A DNA stretch of 64,000 nucleotides from an uncultured Desulfobacteraceae bacterium (lineage in GTDB: Bacteria; Desulfobacterota; Desulfobacteria; Desulfobacterales; Desulfatirhabdiaceae), in NCBI GenBank assembly GCA_903953895.1, contig CAJBLH010000162.1, forward strand, positions 939 through 64,938. The letters run 5' to 3'. Position 1 is the stretch's first letter. Each line of letters opens with the position of its first letter. Shown piece after piece: positions 46,562 to 59,988 of this stretch. The translations under genes and the position numbers were made by a program. The notes beneath the pieces were generated by a model that made no database searches, was not told the origin of the DNA, and saw only the letters and a list, made by a program, of their open reading frames with translations.

Positions 46562-47698
46562 ATGAAGAAGAAAGTCGTGAATAAGCAGTTCATTACCGTC
46601 ATCGTTGCAGGGCTGTTGGTGCTAACATTTACAGGGGTCGGCAGTGCGGCCGATACCATAAAAATGGGTGTCGGCGGCGCTCACAGCGGGGACCTGGCCT
46701 CTTACGGCCTGCCGATTGTCAAGGCCGTCAAGCTGGTTGCAGAAGATGTGAACGCCAAAGGCGGAATTCTGGGTAAACAAGTTGAAGTGATTGCAGAAGA
46801 CGATGTATGCAAGCCGGAAGTGGCTACCAATACGGCCACCAAGCTGGTCTCCCAGGGGGTAACCGTTGTGGTCGGTCATGTCTGCAGCGGCGCCACCAAA
46901 GCGGCCATGGATATCTACAAAGACGCCAAGGTTGTTGCCATGTCCGGTTCCGCCACGAATCCGGACCTCACACAGAGCGGAAAATACCCTAATTTTTTTA
47001 GAACCATCGCCTCCGACGATGCCCAGGCAAAGCTTGAAGTTGATTTTGCTCTGGATGTCCTGAAACTTAAAAAAATTGCCGTTCTGCACGATAAGGGCGA
47101 TTATGGCAAAGGTCTGGCTGAATTTGCCAAAACATTCATCGAAAAATCCGGAAAAGCTCAGGTCGTCCTTTTTGAGGGGATCACCCCCGGTGCTGTGGAT
47201 TATTCATCGGTTGTCAACAAGGTGAAGAAAGCCGGCGCCGAAGCCATTATTTTCGGTGGATATCACCCGGAAGCTTCAAAAATCGTCAGCGAAATGCGCA
47301 AAAGCAAAATGAAAATAGCTTTTATTTCCGATGACGGAGTAAAAGACGAAACCTTTATCAAGGTTGCCGGAAAATATGCTGAAGGCGTTTATGCAACCGG
47401 CCCCAAAGACACATCGACCAACCCGTTGGACAAAGCCGTTAAAGAAGCCTATAAAAAAGCTTATGGCGAAGATGTGGGGGTATTTTCCATCAATGGATAT
47501 GCAGCCGCTCAGGCGCTGTTAAATGCCATCCAGAAAGCCGGTTCAACCGATTACGACGCCATTGTCAAGGCGTTGCGGACCGAACAGGTGGATACGCCGC
47601 TGGGGAAAATCAAATTTGACGATCGCGGAGACGCCATCGGTGTGGGATTTTCGGTGTATCAGGTCAAAGACGGGAAATATGTCGAGTTGAAGAACTAA
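46562..47698 (+). CDS. livK: Branched-chain amino acid ABC transporter substrate-binding protein
   Basis: Signal peptide, EDDVCKP, VGHVCSGA, HDKGDYGKGLA and FGGYHPE; heads the liv operon. Confidence 0.9.
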   Translation: MKKKVVNKQFITVIVAGLLVLTFTGVGSAADTIKMGVGGAHSGDLASYGLPIVKAVKLVAEDVNAKGGILGKQVEVIAEDDVCKPEVATNTATKLVSQGVTVVVGHVCSGATKAAMDIYKDAKVVAMSGSATNPDLTQSGKYPNFFRTIASDDAQAKLEVDFALDVLKLKKIAVLHDKGDYGKGLAEFAKTFIEKSGKAQVVLFEGITPGAVDYSSVVNKVKKAGAEAIIFGGYHPEASKIVSEMRKSKMKIAFISDDGVKDETFIKVAGKYAEGVYATGPKDTSTNPLDKAVKEAYKKAYGEDVGVFSINGYAAAQALLNAIQKAGSTDYDAIVKALRTEQVDTPLGKIKFDDRGDAIGVGFSVYQVKDGKYVELKN

Positions 47699-47723
47699 CC
47701 GATAAAATAGTGGAATACCTCGG

Positions 47724-47762
47724 GGGACAGGTGTGGCCGATGATACCCGTCCCCTGTTTTTT
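47724..47762 (+). terminator. Hairpin plus U-tract after livK (partial terminator or mRNA stabiliser)
   Basis: ggggacagg ... ccgtcccc followed by a T-run. Confidence 0.5.
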
Positions 47763-47818
47763 ACCTTGTTCAGGCCAATGTTTCCGTGCCGGTTTAAAAG
47801 GAAGAAGGCTGGGTATCG

Positions 47819-48721
47819 ATGGAATATTTCTTTGAGCTTTTTCTGGGGGGCCTGACACGTGGCAGCATTTATGCGCTGATTGCCCTTGGCTACACCATGG
47901 TTTACGGCATCATCGAGCTGATCAATTTCGCCCATGGTGAAATTTATATGATCGGCGCATTTACGGCGCTGATTGTGGCCAGTGTACTGACGGTCATGGG
48001 GCTGAACGAGTTTGCGATTCTGGTTCTGGCGTCGATTGCAGCAGCGGTTTATTCGGCCGCTTATGGCTATACGGTGGAAAAAATCGCCTATAAGCCCCTG
48101 CGTCATGCCCCGCGGCTTTCCCCGCTGATCAGCGCCATCGGCATGTCCATTTTCCTTCAAAACTATGTTCTTCTGGCCCAGACATCCGATTTTCTGCCGT
48201 TTCCCAGCCTGATCCCGGATTTTGAATTCTGGGAGCCTTATTCCCACCTGCTGCGATCCACGCAACTGGTTATCCTGGTTACCACCACCGTGATCATGGT
48301 GCTGCTGACGCTCTTGATCAAATATACCAAAATCGGAAAGGCCATGCGGGCAACGGCTCAGGATCGCAGTATGGCGATGCTGGTGGGTGTCAATGTCAAT
48401 CAGGTGATTTCCATGACCTTTGTCATCGGCTCCTGCCTGGCGGCGGTTGGTGGCGTATTGATTGCCTCGCATATTGGTCAGATCAATTTTTTCATTGGTT
48501 TTATCGCCGGAATCAAGGCATTCACAGCTGCGGTGCTGGGCGGTGTCGGCAGTATTCCCGGTGCGGTACTCGGAAGTCTGATTCTCGGCCTGACGGAAAG
48601 CTTCGCCACCGGCTATGTGTCGAGCGACTATGAAGATGTTTTTGCGTTTGCATTGCTGGTTTTGATCCTGATTTTCAGACCGGCTGGCCTCCTTGGCAGA
48701 TCCACCATGCAAAAAGTATAG
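47819..48721 (+). CDS. livH: Branched-chain amino acid ABC permease
   Basis: YALIALGYTMVYGI..LINFAHG, GKAMRA and KAFTAAVLGG motifs. Confidence 0.95.
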   Translation: MEYFFELFLGGLTRGSIYALIALGYTMVYGIIELINFAHGEIYMIGAFTALIVASVLTVMGLNEFAILVLASIAAAVYSAAYGYTVEKIAYKPLRHAPRLSPLISAIGMSIFLQNYVLLAQTSDFLPFPSLIPDFEFWEPYSHLLRSTQLVILVTTTVIMVLLTLLIKYTKIGKAMRATAQDRSMAMLVGVNVNQVISMTFVIGSCLAAVGGVLIASHIGQINFFIGFIAGIKAFTAAVLGGVGSIPGAVLGSLILGLTESFATGYVSSDYEDVFAFALLVLILIFRPAGLLGRSTMQKV

Positions 48722-48775
48722 GCCCCGAAAATGATTTCATGTGTCTTCAAGTTTAACATGCGTGTGACGGTATAA

Positions 48776-49993
48776 ATGATGCCAACCTTATCTGAAATTA
48801 AAAAATCGTTTCTGGTATCCCTCTGGTTCATGTTTCTTACCTTCCCGATCATGGTCATCCGGGTCAACACCACGGAAAAACTGGTGCTGTGGCGATGGGA
48901 AAACATGGCCTATATGGGCATTGGCAGTTTTCTGCTTTCTTTTGTCTGGCGGTATATGCTCTGGCGAAAAGAAACCGGAAAAAAAGATAGCGAGTCCGGA
49001 ACGCTGCAACTGCCGTCATTTTTTGAACGGATATTGTCGGATCGCCGATATATCGTTCCAGCGACTGCTGCCGGCATTGCACTGGTGGCGATTTTCCCTT
49101 TTGTGATGGACACCTATCAGACCAACATCATGATCACAGCCCTCATGTACATCGTTCTGGGACTGGGGCTGAACATCGTTGTCGGGCTGGCCGGCCTTCT
49201 GGATCTGGGATATGTGGCTTTTTATGCGGTTGGCGCCTACACGTATGGGCTTTTGAATCATCATTTCGGACTCGGGTTCTGGACTGTTCTGCCGATAGGT
49301 GCGGTGATGGGGGCTTTTTTCGGAATACTTCTCGGGTTTCCGGTTCTGCGTCTTCGGGGGGATTATCTGGCCATCGTCACCCTGGGTTTTGGCGAAATCA
49401 TTCGTCTGATACTTGAAAACTGGAACGAATTTTCGTTTGGCCCCAGCGGTATCGCCCAGATTGCCAGGCCTTCTTTGTTCGGCATTCAGTTGTCACTTTC
49501 CAGCTCCATCATTTATTTATATTTCGTGATGATCGGCATGGTGCTGTTCACTATTTTTGTCGTCAATCGGTTGCAGAATTCCCGGATCGGCCGGGCCTGG
49601 ATCGCCTTAAGGGAAGATGAAGTGGCCTGTCAGGCCATGGGAATCGACAAAACCCGTACCAAACTGACGGCGTTTGCGCTGGGCGCTACCTGGGCCGGCA
49701 TGGTCGGGGTTATCTTCGCCGCCAAAACGACATTTATCAATCCCGCCAGCTTCACGTTTCTGGAATCGGCGATGATTCTGGCCATCGTCGTTCTGGGCGG
49801 AATGGGCTCCATTGTCGGCGTCTCCATTGCCGCCCTGATCCTGATTTTGCTGCCCGAATACCTCAGGGCGTTTTCCGAATTCAGAATGCTTATTTTCGGA
49901 GCCATCATGGTCATCATGATGGTTTTTCGTCCGCAGGGAATTGTCGCCAATGTCCGCCGGAGCTATAAGTTCCAGCCCGATAAACATTCTTGA
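48776..49993 (+). CDS. livM: Branched-chain amino acid ABC permease
   Basis: GLNIVVGLAGLLDLG, LRLRGDYLAIVTLGFGE and GRAWIALREDE motifs. Confidence 0.95.
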   Translation: MMPTLSEIKKSFLVSLWFMFLTFPIMVIRVNTTEKLVLWRWENMAYMGIGSFLLSFVWRYMLWRKETGKKDSESGTLQLPSFFERILSDRRYIVPATAAGIALVAIFPFVMDTYQTNIMITALMYIVLGLGLNIVVGLAGLLDLGYVAFYAVGAYTYGLLNHHFGLGFWTVLPIGAVMGAFFGILLGFPVLRLRGDYLAIVTLGFGEIIRLILENWNEFSFGPSGIAQIARPSLFGIQLSLSSSIIYLYFVMIGMVLFTIFVVNRLQNSRIGRAWIALREDEVACQAMGIDKTRTKLTAFALGATWAGMVGVIFAAKTTFINPASFTFLESAMILAIVVLGGMGSIVGVSIAALILILLPEYLRAFSEFRMLIFGAIMVIMMVFRPQGIVANVRRSYKFQPDKHS

Positions 49994-50010
49994 TGCGGAT
50001 ATCCCCATCT

Positions 50011-50811
50011 ATGGAAACCATACTGGAAGTAAACGGACTGACGATGGATTTCGGCGGACTGCGTGCGCTGGATCATCTGAATATCGATATCCGAAGGGGA
50101 GAAATCGTTGCCCTGATTGGTCCCAACGGGGCCGGGAAAACCACTTTTTTCAACTGCATCACCGGGATTTATCTGCCGACCCAGGGGGATATCATCATTT
50201 CGCCTCCCAAGGCTGAAGGTACCCATAAGCGCGAGCGGATCAACGGGTTGAAGCCCAATCAGGTAACCGAAAAAGGCATGGCCCGCACGTTTCAGAACAT
50301 CCGCCTCTTTCCGAACATGACGGTTCTCGAAAATGTGATGATCGGCAGGCACTGCCGGACCCGTGCCGGGGTTGCCGGAGCCATATTCCGCAATCGGGCC
50401 ATGGTCAGAGAAGAACAGTCTATTGTCGATGACAGTTTCCGGGTTCTGGAAAAAATCGGGCTGGCCAGATATGTCAACGATCAGGCCAGGAATCTGCCCT
50501 ACGGCGCTCAGCGTCTTCTTGAAATCGCCAGAGCCCTGGCGACCGAACCTTTCCTGATTCTTCTTGATGAACCGGCAGCCGGCATGAATCCACAGGAAAC
50601 GCACGAACTCGATGAATTGATCACGCGGATTCGGGATGACGAAGGTATTTCCATCCTGTTGATCGAACATGACATGAAACTTGTCATGAGTCTGTCGAAC
50701 CGGATTTTTGTCATGGATTACGGCAAGAAGATCGCACAGGGAACACCCGAAGAAATCCGCAACAATCCTGTGGTGATCAAGGCATACCTTGGAGAAGAAA
50801 TCGATGCTTAG
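50011..50811 (+). CDS. livG: Branched-chain amino acid ABC ATPase
   Basis: GPNGAGKTT, RTFQNIRLF, LPYG, DEPAAG and IEHDM motifs. Confidence 0.95.
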   Translation: METILEVNGLTMDFGGLRALDHLNIDIRRGEIVALIGPNGAGKTTFFNCITGIYLPTQGDIIISPPKAEGTHKRERINGLKPNQVTEKGMARTFQNIRLFPNMTVLENVMIGRHCRTRAGVAGAIFRNRAMVREEQSIVDDSFRVLEKIGLARYVNDQARNLPYGAQRLLEIARALATEPFLILLDEPAAGMNPQETHELDELITRIRDDEGISILLIEHDMKLVMSLSNRIFVMDYGKKIAQGTPEEIRNNPVVIKAYLGEEIDA

Positions 50812-51511
50812 GGTAAACGGCGTTTCAACATATTACGGGAATATCCAGGCGCTGAAGAACATCAGCATGGAGGTTTCCGAAGGGGAGATCATCACCCTGA
50901 TCGGCGCCAATGGTGCTGGAAAAACCACCACCCTGATGTCTATTTCCGGACTTGTTCCGCCCAGACAAGGAGAAATTATCTTCAAAGACCGGCCCATCCA
51001 TGGCATGAGCCCGGAAAAAATTGTCGCTCTGGGGATCAGTCAGGTTCCGGAAGGTCGCAGGATATTTCCCTATCTGACGGTTGCGGAAAATCTCGATATG
51101 GGCACTTTTCTGCGAAACGATAAAGACAATATCCGAAAAGATCTTGCCTATATCTGGGATTTGTTTCCAATTCTATCCAAGAGAAGGCATCAGGCCGGGG
51201 GTACGCTCAGCGGCGGCGAGCAGCAGATGCTTGCCATATCCCGGGCCTTGATGGCCAGACCGAAACTGCTGCTGCTCGATGAACCTTCTCTGGGGCTGGC
51301 TCCCTTGATTGTCCGCCAGATATTTGAAATCATCATGAAGATAAATATCGAAAACAACACCACCATTTTTCTGGTCGAGCAAAATGCCAATCTTGCCCTC
51401 AAAGTGGCCCACAGAGGCTACGTCATGGAGAACGGTGCGATCACGATGGCCGATTCCGCGCCGAACCTCCTGAGCAATGAAGCCGTCAAGAAAGCCTATC
51501 TGGGGCTCTAG
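50804..51511 (+). CDS. livF: Branched-chain amino acid ABC ATPase
   Basis: GANGAGKTT, VPEGR, LSGGEQQM, DEPS and VEQN motifs. Confidence 0.95.
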   Translation: MLRVNGVSTYYGNIQALKNISMEVSEGEIITLIGANGAGKTTTLMSISGLVPPRQGEIIFKDRPIHGMSPEKIVALGISQVPEGRRIFPYLTVAENLDMGTFLRNDKDNIRKDLAYIWDLFPILSKRRHQAGGTLSGGEQQMLAISRALMARPKLLLLDEPSLGLAPLIVRQIFEIIMKINIENNTTIFLVEQNANLALKVAHRGYVMENGAITMADSAPNLLSNEAVKKAYLGL

Positions 51512-53853
<2,342 letters not shown>

Positions 53854-53933
53854 AAAACTTTGGTTCATCGTGGATTGACGTGAAAGCCGGGTACGACCAT
53901 CGTTTCTGTCGATTCGTTGAATGATTTTATTTG

Positions 53934-53969
53934 CCGCTGGTTCCCAAGCTGGAGCTTGGGAACCAGCGG
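53934..53969. repeat. Perfect REP-like palindrome between convergent genes
   Basis: ccgctggttcccaagct-gg-agcttgggaaccagcgg (17-bp arms). Confidence 0.85.
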
Positions 53970-54028
53970 ACTTGTGTTATTGTCACGCTAAAATTGTTTT
54001 TCTGAATGTCTGTAGGAATCAGGCGCAG

Positions 54029-54304
54029 TTATATGCCTTCCTTCAGTTTTTTTCCGGGGCGGAACTTGACCACATTGCTTTTTTTGATTTTAATGGCTTC
54101 ACCGGTTCGGGGATTGCGACCCTTGCGGGCTTTGCGTGTGGTTTTCAAAAATGTGCCAAAACCGACCAGCGTCACTTTGCCGTCTTTCTTGTCTTTAAGC
54201 GCCTTGCCGATTCCATCCATAAAGGAATTGAGCGCTGCGCTGGCGGCCGCTTTGGTAATTCCCGCCTCCTGAGCCATCTTGTCAACCAAATCTGATTTTG
54301 TCAT
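54029..54304 (-). CDS. hup: HU family DNA-binding protein
   Basis: MTKSDLV, GFGTF, RKGRNPRTGE and KFRPGKKLK motifs. Confidence 0.95.
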   Translation of the reverse strand: MTKSDLVDKMAQEAGITKAAASAALNSFMDGIGKALKDKKDGKVTLVGFGTFLKTTRKARKGRNPRTGEAIKIKKSNVVKFRPGKKLKEGI

Positions 54305-54477
54305 TGTTGCTTGCCCCCCATAATAGATTGTTTTGAATTCATGAGCCTGATTATCTGCAATGTTTACAGAACACTGCATGTGATGTCAACAGAAAATCAT
54401 TGTTTATCAACAGTTAATGGCTTTTAAACCAAACAAATCGGTATTCCAACAAGGTTTTCCGGATTCAGTATCTTGCT

Positions 54478-55482
54478 TTAAAACAAGGCATCCACAAATT
54501 CTTCAGAATTGAACAACTGAAGATCCTCGATGTTTTCCCCGATTCCGATATATTTCAGGGGTAGTTTTAGATCATGGCAGATACTGACTGCTATCCCGCC
54601 CTTTGCGGTTCCATCCAGTTTGGTGAGCGCCAGTGCGGTTACGCCGATGGATTCATGAAACAAGCGTGCCTGGGAAATGGCATTCTGTCCGGTCGTCGCA
54701 TCCAGGACCAGAAGCGTTTCGTGCGGTGCATTCGGGATTTTTTTGGAAACGGATCTTCGGATCTTTTTCAATTCTTCCATGAGATTAATACGCGTATGCA
54801 GCCTGCCTGCGGTATCAACGATCACCACATCAATGTTTCGCGCCATGGCCGCTTCCACGCCGTCAAAGGCAACCGCCGCAGGATCGGCTTCATGCTTGTG
54901 TCTGACAATTTCAGCGCCGGATCGCTCTGCCCATATGGTCAACTGCTCGACAGCCGCAGCTCGGAACGTATCTGCGGCGGCAATCAAGACTTTTTTCCCG
55001 TCATGAGCGAACTGTGCGGCCAGTTTCCCGATAGTCGTGGTTTTTCCGACACCATTGACCCCGACAACCATAATGACAAGTGGCTTATGTACGGTATCCG
55101 AAACAATTGTATCGACACTCAACAATTCCAGAATTTCCTGCTTCAGGGCTTTTTTGAATCCGTCTGCATCCAGTTTCGCCGACAAAAACTTTTCAGATAT
55201 CCGCTGTATCAAGTCGGTTGTGGTTTTGACACCAATATCTGCGGTAATCAGCAACTCCTCCAATTCTTCCAGGAGTTCATCGTCTATCTGACGTTTTCCG
55301 ACAAAAAGTTTGTCGATGTCTGTTGTCAGAACCTGACGGGTTTTGGAAAGCCCGTCTTTAAGTTTCTGAAGCAGACCGCGGGAAGGCGGCGTGTCGATCG
55401 GAGGAGGAGTCTCTGGCTTATCCATCTCCGGAGAAGTGGAATCTGCCGTATCCTTGTTTTTTTTGAACCAGTTCAATGCCAT
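54478..55482 (-). CDS. ftsY: Signal recognition particle receptor
   Basis: GVNGVGKTT, DTFRAAA, DTAGR, TGQNA, TKLDGTAKGG and GIGE motifs. Confidence 0.97.
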   Translation of the reverse strand: MALNWFKKNKDTADSTSPEMDKPETPPPIDTPPSRGLLQKLKDGLSKTRQVLTTDIDKLFVGKRQIDDELLEELEELLITADIGVKTTTDLIQRISEKFLSAKLDADGFKKALKQEILELLSVDTIVSDTVHKPLVIMVVGVNGVGKTTTIGKLAAQFAHDGKKVLIAAADTFRAAAVEQLTIWAERSGAEIVRHKHEADPAAVAFDGVEAAMARNIDVVIVDTAGRLHTRINLMEELKKIRRSVSKKIPNAPHETLLVLDATTGQNAISQARLFHESIGVTALALTKLDGTAKGGIAVSICHDLKLPLKYIGIGENIEDLQLFNSEEFVDALF

Positions 55483-55577
55483 TGAAGTCCTTTATCTGCA
55501 CATATATAAGTTGGCTCCGCCTTTACAGGTAAGCCCTCTGGGTGTGTCGGCCCCTGTCCATAACAAATAGACAGGGG

Positions 55578-56336
55578 TCAATGTAATATCTGACTGAGAA
55601 AAAGCTGGGTCCGTTCATGCTGAGGATTCTCGAAAAAAGCCTCCGGCGTATTGGATTCCACAATCTGACCGAAATCCATGAAGAGTACCCGGTGGGCAAC
55701 GCTCTTGGCAAAACCCATTTCATGGGATACAACGATCATGGTCATGCCTTCCTGGGCCAGGCTGATCATGACATCCAGAACTTCCTTGACCATTTCGGGG
55801 TCCAGGGCGGAGGTCGGTTCATCGAAGAGCATGATATTGGGCTTCATGCAAAGACTTCTGGCAATGGCCACACGTTGTTGCTGGCCGCCGGAAAGCTGTC
55901 CGGGATATTTTTTGGCCTGTTCGGCAATATGAACTTTTTCAAGATAATACATGGCTGTTTTTTCGGCTTCGACTCTGGGTATTTTGCGCACCCATACCGG
56001 TCCGATGGTCAGATTTTCCAGAATGGTCAGATGGGGAAACAAATTGAAATGCTGGAACACCATCCCCACCTCGGCCCGAATTTTTTCGATATTCTTGATA
56101 TTGTTGGTCAGTTCCGTACCATCGACGATGATTTTTCCCCGTTGATGTTCCTCCAGTCGGTTGATACAGCGGATCAGGGTGGACTTTCCGGAACCCGACG
56201 GACCGCAGATGACGATCCGCTCTCCTTTCTGGATGGTCAGATCGATGCCGCGCAGAACATGAAAATCTCCATACCATTTGTGCATATCGATGATTTCGAT
56301 GATAGCACCGGCTTCAGGTGGATCGATGGGGTTCAT
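55578..56336 (-). CDS. aapP: General L-amino acid ABC transporter ATPase
   Basis: [26 protein letters not shown] and [11 protein letters not shown] motifs. Confidence 0.85.
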   Translation of the reverse strand: MNPIDPPEAGAIIEIIDMHKWYGDFHVLRGIDLTIQKGERIVICGPSGSGKSTLIRCINRLEEHQRGKIIVDGTELTNNIKNIEKIRAEVGMVFQHFNLFPHLTILENLTIGPVWVRKIPRVEAEKTAMYYLEKVHIAEQAKKYPGQLSGGQQQRVAIARSLCMKPNIMLFDEPTSALDPEMVKEVLDVMISLAQEGMTMIVVSHEMGFAKSVAHRVLFMDFGQIVESNTPEAFFENPQHERTQLFLSQILH

Positions 56337-57424
56337 AGTTCTTTCTCCAGCTTTCTGCTGTAATTGGACATGGTATAGCAGCATACGAAATAAATACACG
56401 ACAGGAAAAAAAAGGCTTCTCTGGAAAAACCCATCCAGCTCGGATTGGCCAATGTTGTCTGAGTTGTTTTCAGAATATCGTACAAGCCGATGATGACCAC
56501 CAGGGATGTATCCTTGAATGCGGAAATCAGGATACTGACCGATGGGGGGATGACGATTTTCAGGGCCTGGGGCAGGATGATCAGGCGCATGGTCTGAACA
56601 TAATTCAGGCCAAGGGATTCGGCTGCCTCATACTGGCCTTTGGCGATTCCCTGAAGCCCTCCGCGGACCACTTCGGCGATGTAGGCCGCTGTAAACATGA
56701 TAATGGCAGCCTGCGCCCGCAGAATCTTGTTGATGGTCAGGCCTTCCGGAAGAAAGAGCGGAAAAATGACCGCAGACATGAAAAGCAGACTGACCAGGGG
56801 AACTCCCCGAATCATTTCGATATAAATAATACTGAGAAGTTTGATGGCCGGCATGCGCGATCTTCTGCCAAGAGCCAGAAGTACTCCCAGGGGATAGGCA
56901 GCGGCAAGTCCGAAAACCGCCAGAAGGAAAGTCAGCGGCAACCCTCCCCATTGCGTGCTTTCCACCGGGGCGAGTCCAAAAATGCCTCCCTTCATCAAGA
57001 CAGCCATAAAAAAAAGTCCGGCTGTCCAGGCATAGAAAAGCGTTTTTGACCACATCCGCCGATGCCTGCTGATCAGCAGCAGACCGATCAGGAGAATCAT
57101 GGCCGAAAGGGGGCGCCACTGCAATTCATACGGAAAAAAACCGAACAGAATAAAGCGGTAATTCGCCGAAATGATAGACCAGCAGGCTCCGCTCGCAGAT
57201 CGGCATTCTGTGGAAGTGGATGACCACAGACTGTCGATAAATATCCACCGAATCAGCGGGGGCACGATTTTACAGAGGAAAAAAAACGTGACAAGGGTCA
57301 GTACCGAATTGAATAAGCCGTTAAACAGGTTCGATTTGATCCACCCGATCACCCCGATGCTGGTTAAAGGTGGCCTGATATCGTCTATCTGGGCAGGGGA
57401 AGACAGATTGGAAGGCTGCGTCAT
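56333..57424 (-). CDS. aapM: General L-amino acid ABC permease
   Basis: [22 protein letters not shown]...GQYEAA and FKDTSL motifs. Confidence 0.85.
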   Translation of the reverse strand: MTQPSNLSSPAQIDDIRPPLTSIGVIGWIKSNLFNGLFNSVLTLVTFFFLCKIVPPLIRWIFIDSLWSSTSTECRSASGACWSIISANYRFILFGFFPYELQWRPLSAMILLIGLLLISRHRRMWSKTLFYAWTAGLFFMAVLMKGGIFGLAPVESTQWGGLPLTFLLAVFGLAAAYPLGVLLALGRRSRMPAIKLLSIIYIEMIRGVPLVSLLFMSAVIFPLFLPEGLTINKILRAQAAIIMFTAAYIAEVVRGGLQGIAKGQYEAAESLGLNYVQTMRLIILPQALKIVIPPSVSILISAFKDTSLVVIIGLYDILKTTQTTLANPSWMGFSREAFFFLSCIYFVCCYTMSNYSRKLEKEL

Positions 57425-57469
57425 AGGGTTAGCCCATCCTGTTTCGGATTTTGTTTTTTGTGCCGATAG

Positions 57470-58699
57470 TCATCGTTCGATCAATGCAATTTTTTTGTTG
57501 TACCAGTTCATGAATGCAGAAGTGACGAGGCTGAAAATCAGATAGACCACCATAATCAGCGCAACGCCTTCGATGGCTTGTCCGGTTTGGTTGATGGTGG
57601 TGTTGGCAACCGATACAAAATCCGGAAATCCGATGGCAACAGCCAGGGAGCTGTTCTTGGTAAGATTGAGCATCTGGCTGGTCAGCGGGGGAACGATGAT
57701 GCGAAGCGATTGGGGAAGAATGACAAGATTCAGGGTCTGCCACGGTTTCAATCCCAGAGACATGGCTGCCTCGGTTTGCCCCTTGCTGACCGCCTGTATG
57801 CCGGATCGAACAATTTCCGCCACAAAAGCGGCGGTGTAAAGCACCAATCCGAGAAGAAGTGCTGTAAACTCGGGGCTGACGGTGAGGCCGCCGGTAAAAT
57901 TAAAGCCGGAAAGCCGGGGCATGTTCATGGCGGTCGGGGCGCCGAAAACAAACCAGGTGATCAAAGGAAACCCCAGTAAAACAGCGGATCCCGTACTGAA
58001 TACCGGAAACGCCAGACCGGTGCGATCCTGTCTTATTCTTGCCCATTTTCGAAGGAAATAAACACACAGGCACCCGGCCAGAAAGGCAACGGCAACATAC
58101 CCATATGCCGGATGAGGTTCTGGAACGCCAAAGGCAAGCCCCCTGTTGCATAGAAACATGCCAGGAAACGGTTCCAGCGCATTGCGGGGAGCGGGAAGCG
58201 AATCGTAAAAAACAGCATACCAGAAGATCAGTTGCAACAGAATGGGGATATCCTGGAAGAATTCGATATAAGCGGCAGCCATCCGTGAAACCAGCCAGTT
58301 GGAAGACAGTCTGGCAATGCCGACAAAAGTGCCCAGTACGACCGTCAGGACAATGCCGACGAATGCAACCTTGATGGTGTTCAGGATGCCGACAAGCAAG
58401 GCTCTGGCATAGCTGTCGGCTGCTGAATAGCGGATCAGCGACTCGCCAACCTCAAACGAAGCTTCTTTCTCCAGAAAATGGAAGCCCGTGGCAATGGATT
58501 GCCGCTGCAGGTTGGTTACCGTATTGGAGAACAGATAGTAAGCGATGAAGCCGACCACGGCAAGGGTCGCCAATTGGTATACAATGGCTCTTCTGGAAGG
58601 GTCTTGCCAGAAAGGAATGGAATTTTCAGTTTGTTTCGTGGATGACACGGAAGTATCCGAGTAGAGTGATTTGGGCAGTGTGCAGGAATGCGGAAGCAC
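57470..58699 (-). CDS. aapQ: General L-amino acid ABC permease (start possibly GTG at 58648)
   Basis: GIARLSSNWL, AEIVRSGIQAVSKGQTEAA and KNSSLAVAIG motifs. Confidence 0.85.
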   Translation of the reverse strand: MLPHSCTLPKSLYSDTSVSSTKQTENSIPFWQDPSRRAIVYQLATLAVVGFIAYYLFSNTVTNLQRQSIATGFHFLEKEASFEVGESLIRYSAADSYARALLVGILNTIKVAFVGIVLTVVLGTFVGIARLSSNWLVSRMAAAYIEFFQDIPILLQLIFWYAVFYDSLPAPRNALEPFPGMFLCNRGLAFGVPEPHPAYGYVAVAFLAGCLCVYFLRKWARIRQDRTGLAFPVFSTGSAVLLGFPLITWFVFGAPTAMNMPRLSGFNFTGGLTVSPEFTALLLGLVLYTAAFVAEIVRSGIQAVSKGQTEAAMSLGLKPWQTLNLVILPQSLRIIVPPLTSQMLNLTKNSSLAVAIGFPDFVSVANTTINQTGQAIEGVALIMVVYLIFSLVTSAFMNWYNKKIALIER

Positions 58700-58728
58700 A
58701 CCTGCACGAACCGGGTCGGGCCAGTTAT

Positions 58729-59748
58729 CTATTTGAAATCAGGAGAATACATCAACCCGCCTTTTGTCCACAGAGCATTATACCCACGATCTAGACCCAA
58801 TGGTGTTGATGGGCCGACATTGCGATCAAATACTTCAGCATAATTGCCAACCTGTTTTATGATGTTATAAGCAAAATTTTCTTCCAGTCCTAAAGCTTTC
58901 CCGTTTCCAGGCACAACACCCAAAAAGCGTTGAATAGAAGGATTGGAGCTTTTAAGCATTTCATCCACATTCTTTGAGGAAATACCCAGTTCCTCAGCGT
59001 TTATAAGGGCTAAAACAGTCCAGTTGACAACATCTTTCCACTGGTTGTCGCCATGACGTACTGCCGGCGCCAGGGGCTCTTTGGAAATGATTTCCGGTAA
59101 AAAGATATAGTCTGAAGGATTCGGTGCTACCGACTTGGCACCTGCCAGTTGTGATGTATCTGATGTCAGGCAGTCACAGCGGCCGGCGAAGAAAGCTTTA
59201 TTCAGTTCAGCATTGTTTTCAATAACAACAGGTTTCATTTTCATGTTGTTGGATCTAAAATAATCTGCAACATTTTGTTCAGTGGTTGTACCAGGTAGAA
59301 CACATACGGTTGCACCGTTCAGTTCTTTTGCACTTTTGATATTCATTTTTTTCGGAACCAGAAAACCCTGCCCGTCGTAATAATTGACCTGTGCAAAATC
59401 AAGCCCTTGAGCAGTGTCCCGGCTCAGTATTATGGTAGCGTTGCGGCAGAGTACATCCACTTCTCCGGATTGAAGTGCTGTAAAGCGCTGAACGGCGGTG
59501 AGCGGTACAAACTTGATCTTTTTGGCATCGCCAAAAACGGCAGCGGCAATCGCCCGACCGGTATCCACATCGAGTCCTTTCCACTCTCCTTTTTCATCGG
59601 GAATACCGAAACCGGCCAACTGGCCATTGACGCCTACCTGAACGAACCCTTTGGCCTTGATGTCATCCAGCGTGCCGGCGCTGATACTGCCGGCGGCAAG
59701 AACCATGACAACGACGAATGCACAAACCCATAACTTTCGCAATTTCAT
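58729..59748 (-). CDS. aapJ: General L-amino acid ABC substrate-binding protein
   Basis: RFTALQSGEVD, YYDGQGF, GTTTE, GRCD and ISKEPL motifs; AAGGAGG RBS. Confidence 0.88.
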   Translation of the reverse strand: MKLRKLWVCAFVVVMVLAAGSISAGTLDDIKAKGFVQVGVNGQLAGFGIPDEKGEWKGLDVDTGRAIAAAVFGDAKKIKFVPLTAVQRFTALQSGEVDVLCRNATIILSRDTAQGLDFAQVNYYDGQGFLVPKKMNIKSAKELNGATVCVLPGTTTEQNVADYFRSNNMKMKPVVIENNAELNKAFFAGRCDCLTSDTSQLAGAKSVAPNPSDYIFLPEIISKEPLAPAVRHGDNQWKDVVNWTVLALINAEELGISSKNVDEMLKSSNPSIQRFLGVVPGNGKALGLEENFAYNIIKQVGNYAEVFDRNVGPSTPLGLDRGYNALWTKGGLMYSPDFK

Positions 59749-59988
59749 TTTATCCTCCTTTTTGATAACTTGAATATGAACCAGCTTCATCAAATTGATA
59801 CACATCGATCAGTCAATTCGATACCATATGTGCTTTGACAATGGCAAGAGAAAAGGGCGCCCGCCGACTGGTTGAATTGAACACAGCCTGAACGGCCCCC
59901 CGATTTGAAGAAAATGTCGTAATGGAAAATGACCTGGTAAGCGCCAAAAAAACGGCGATGATCAAGGCATTCAAGGAGAAAAACACGG

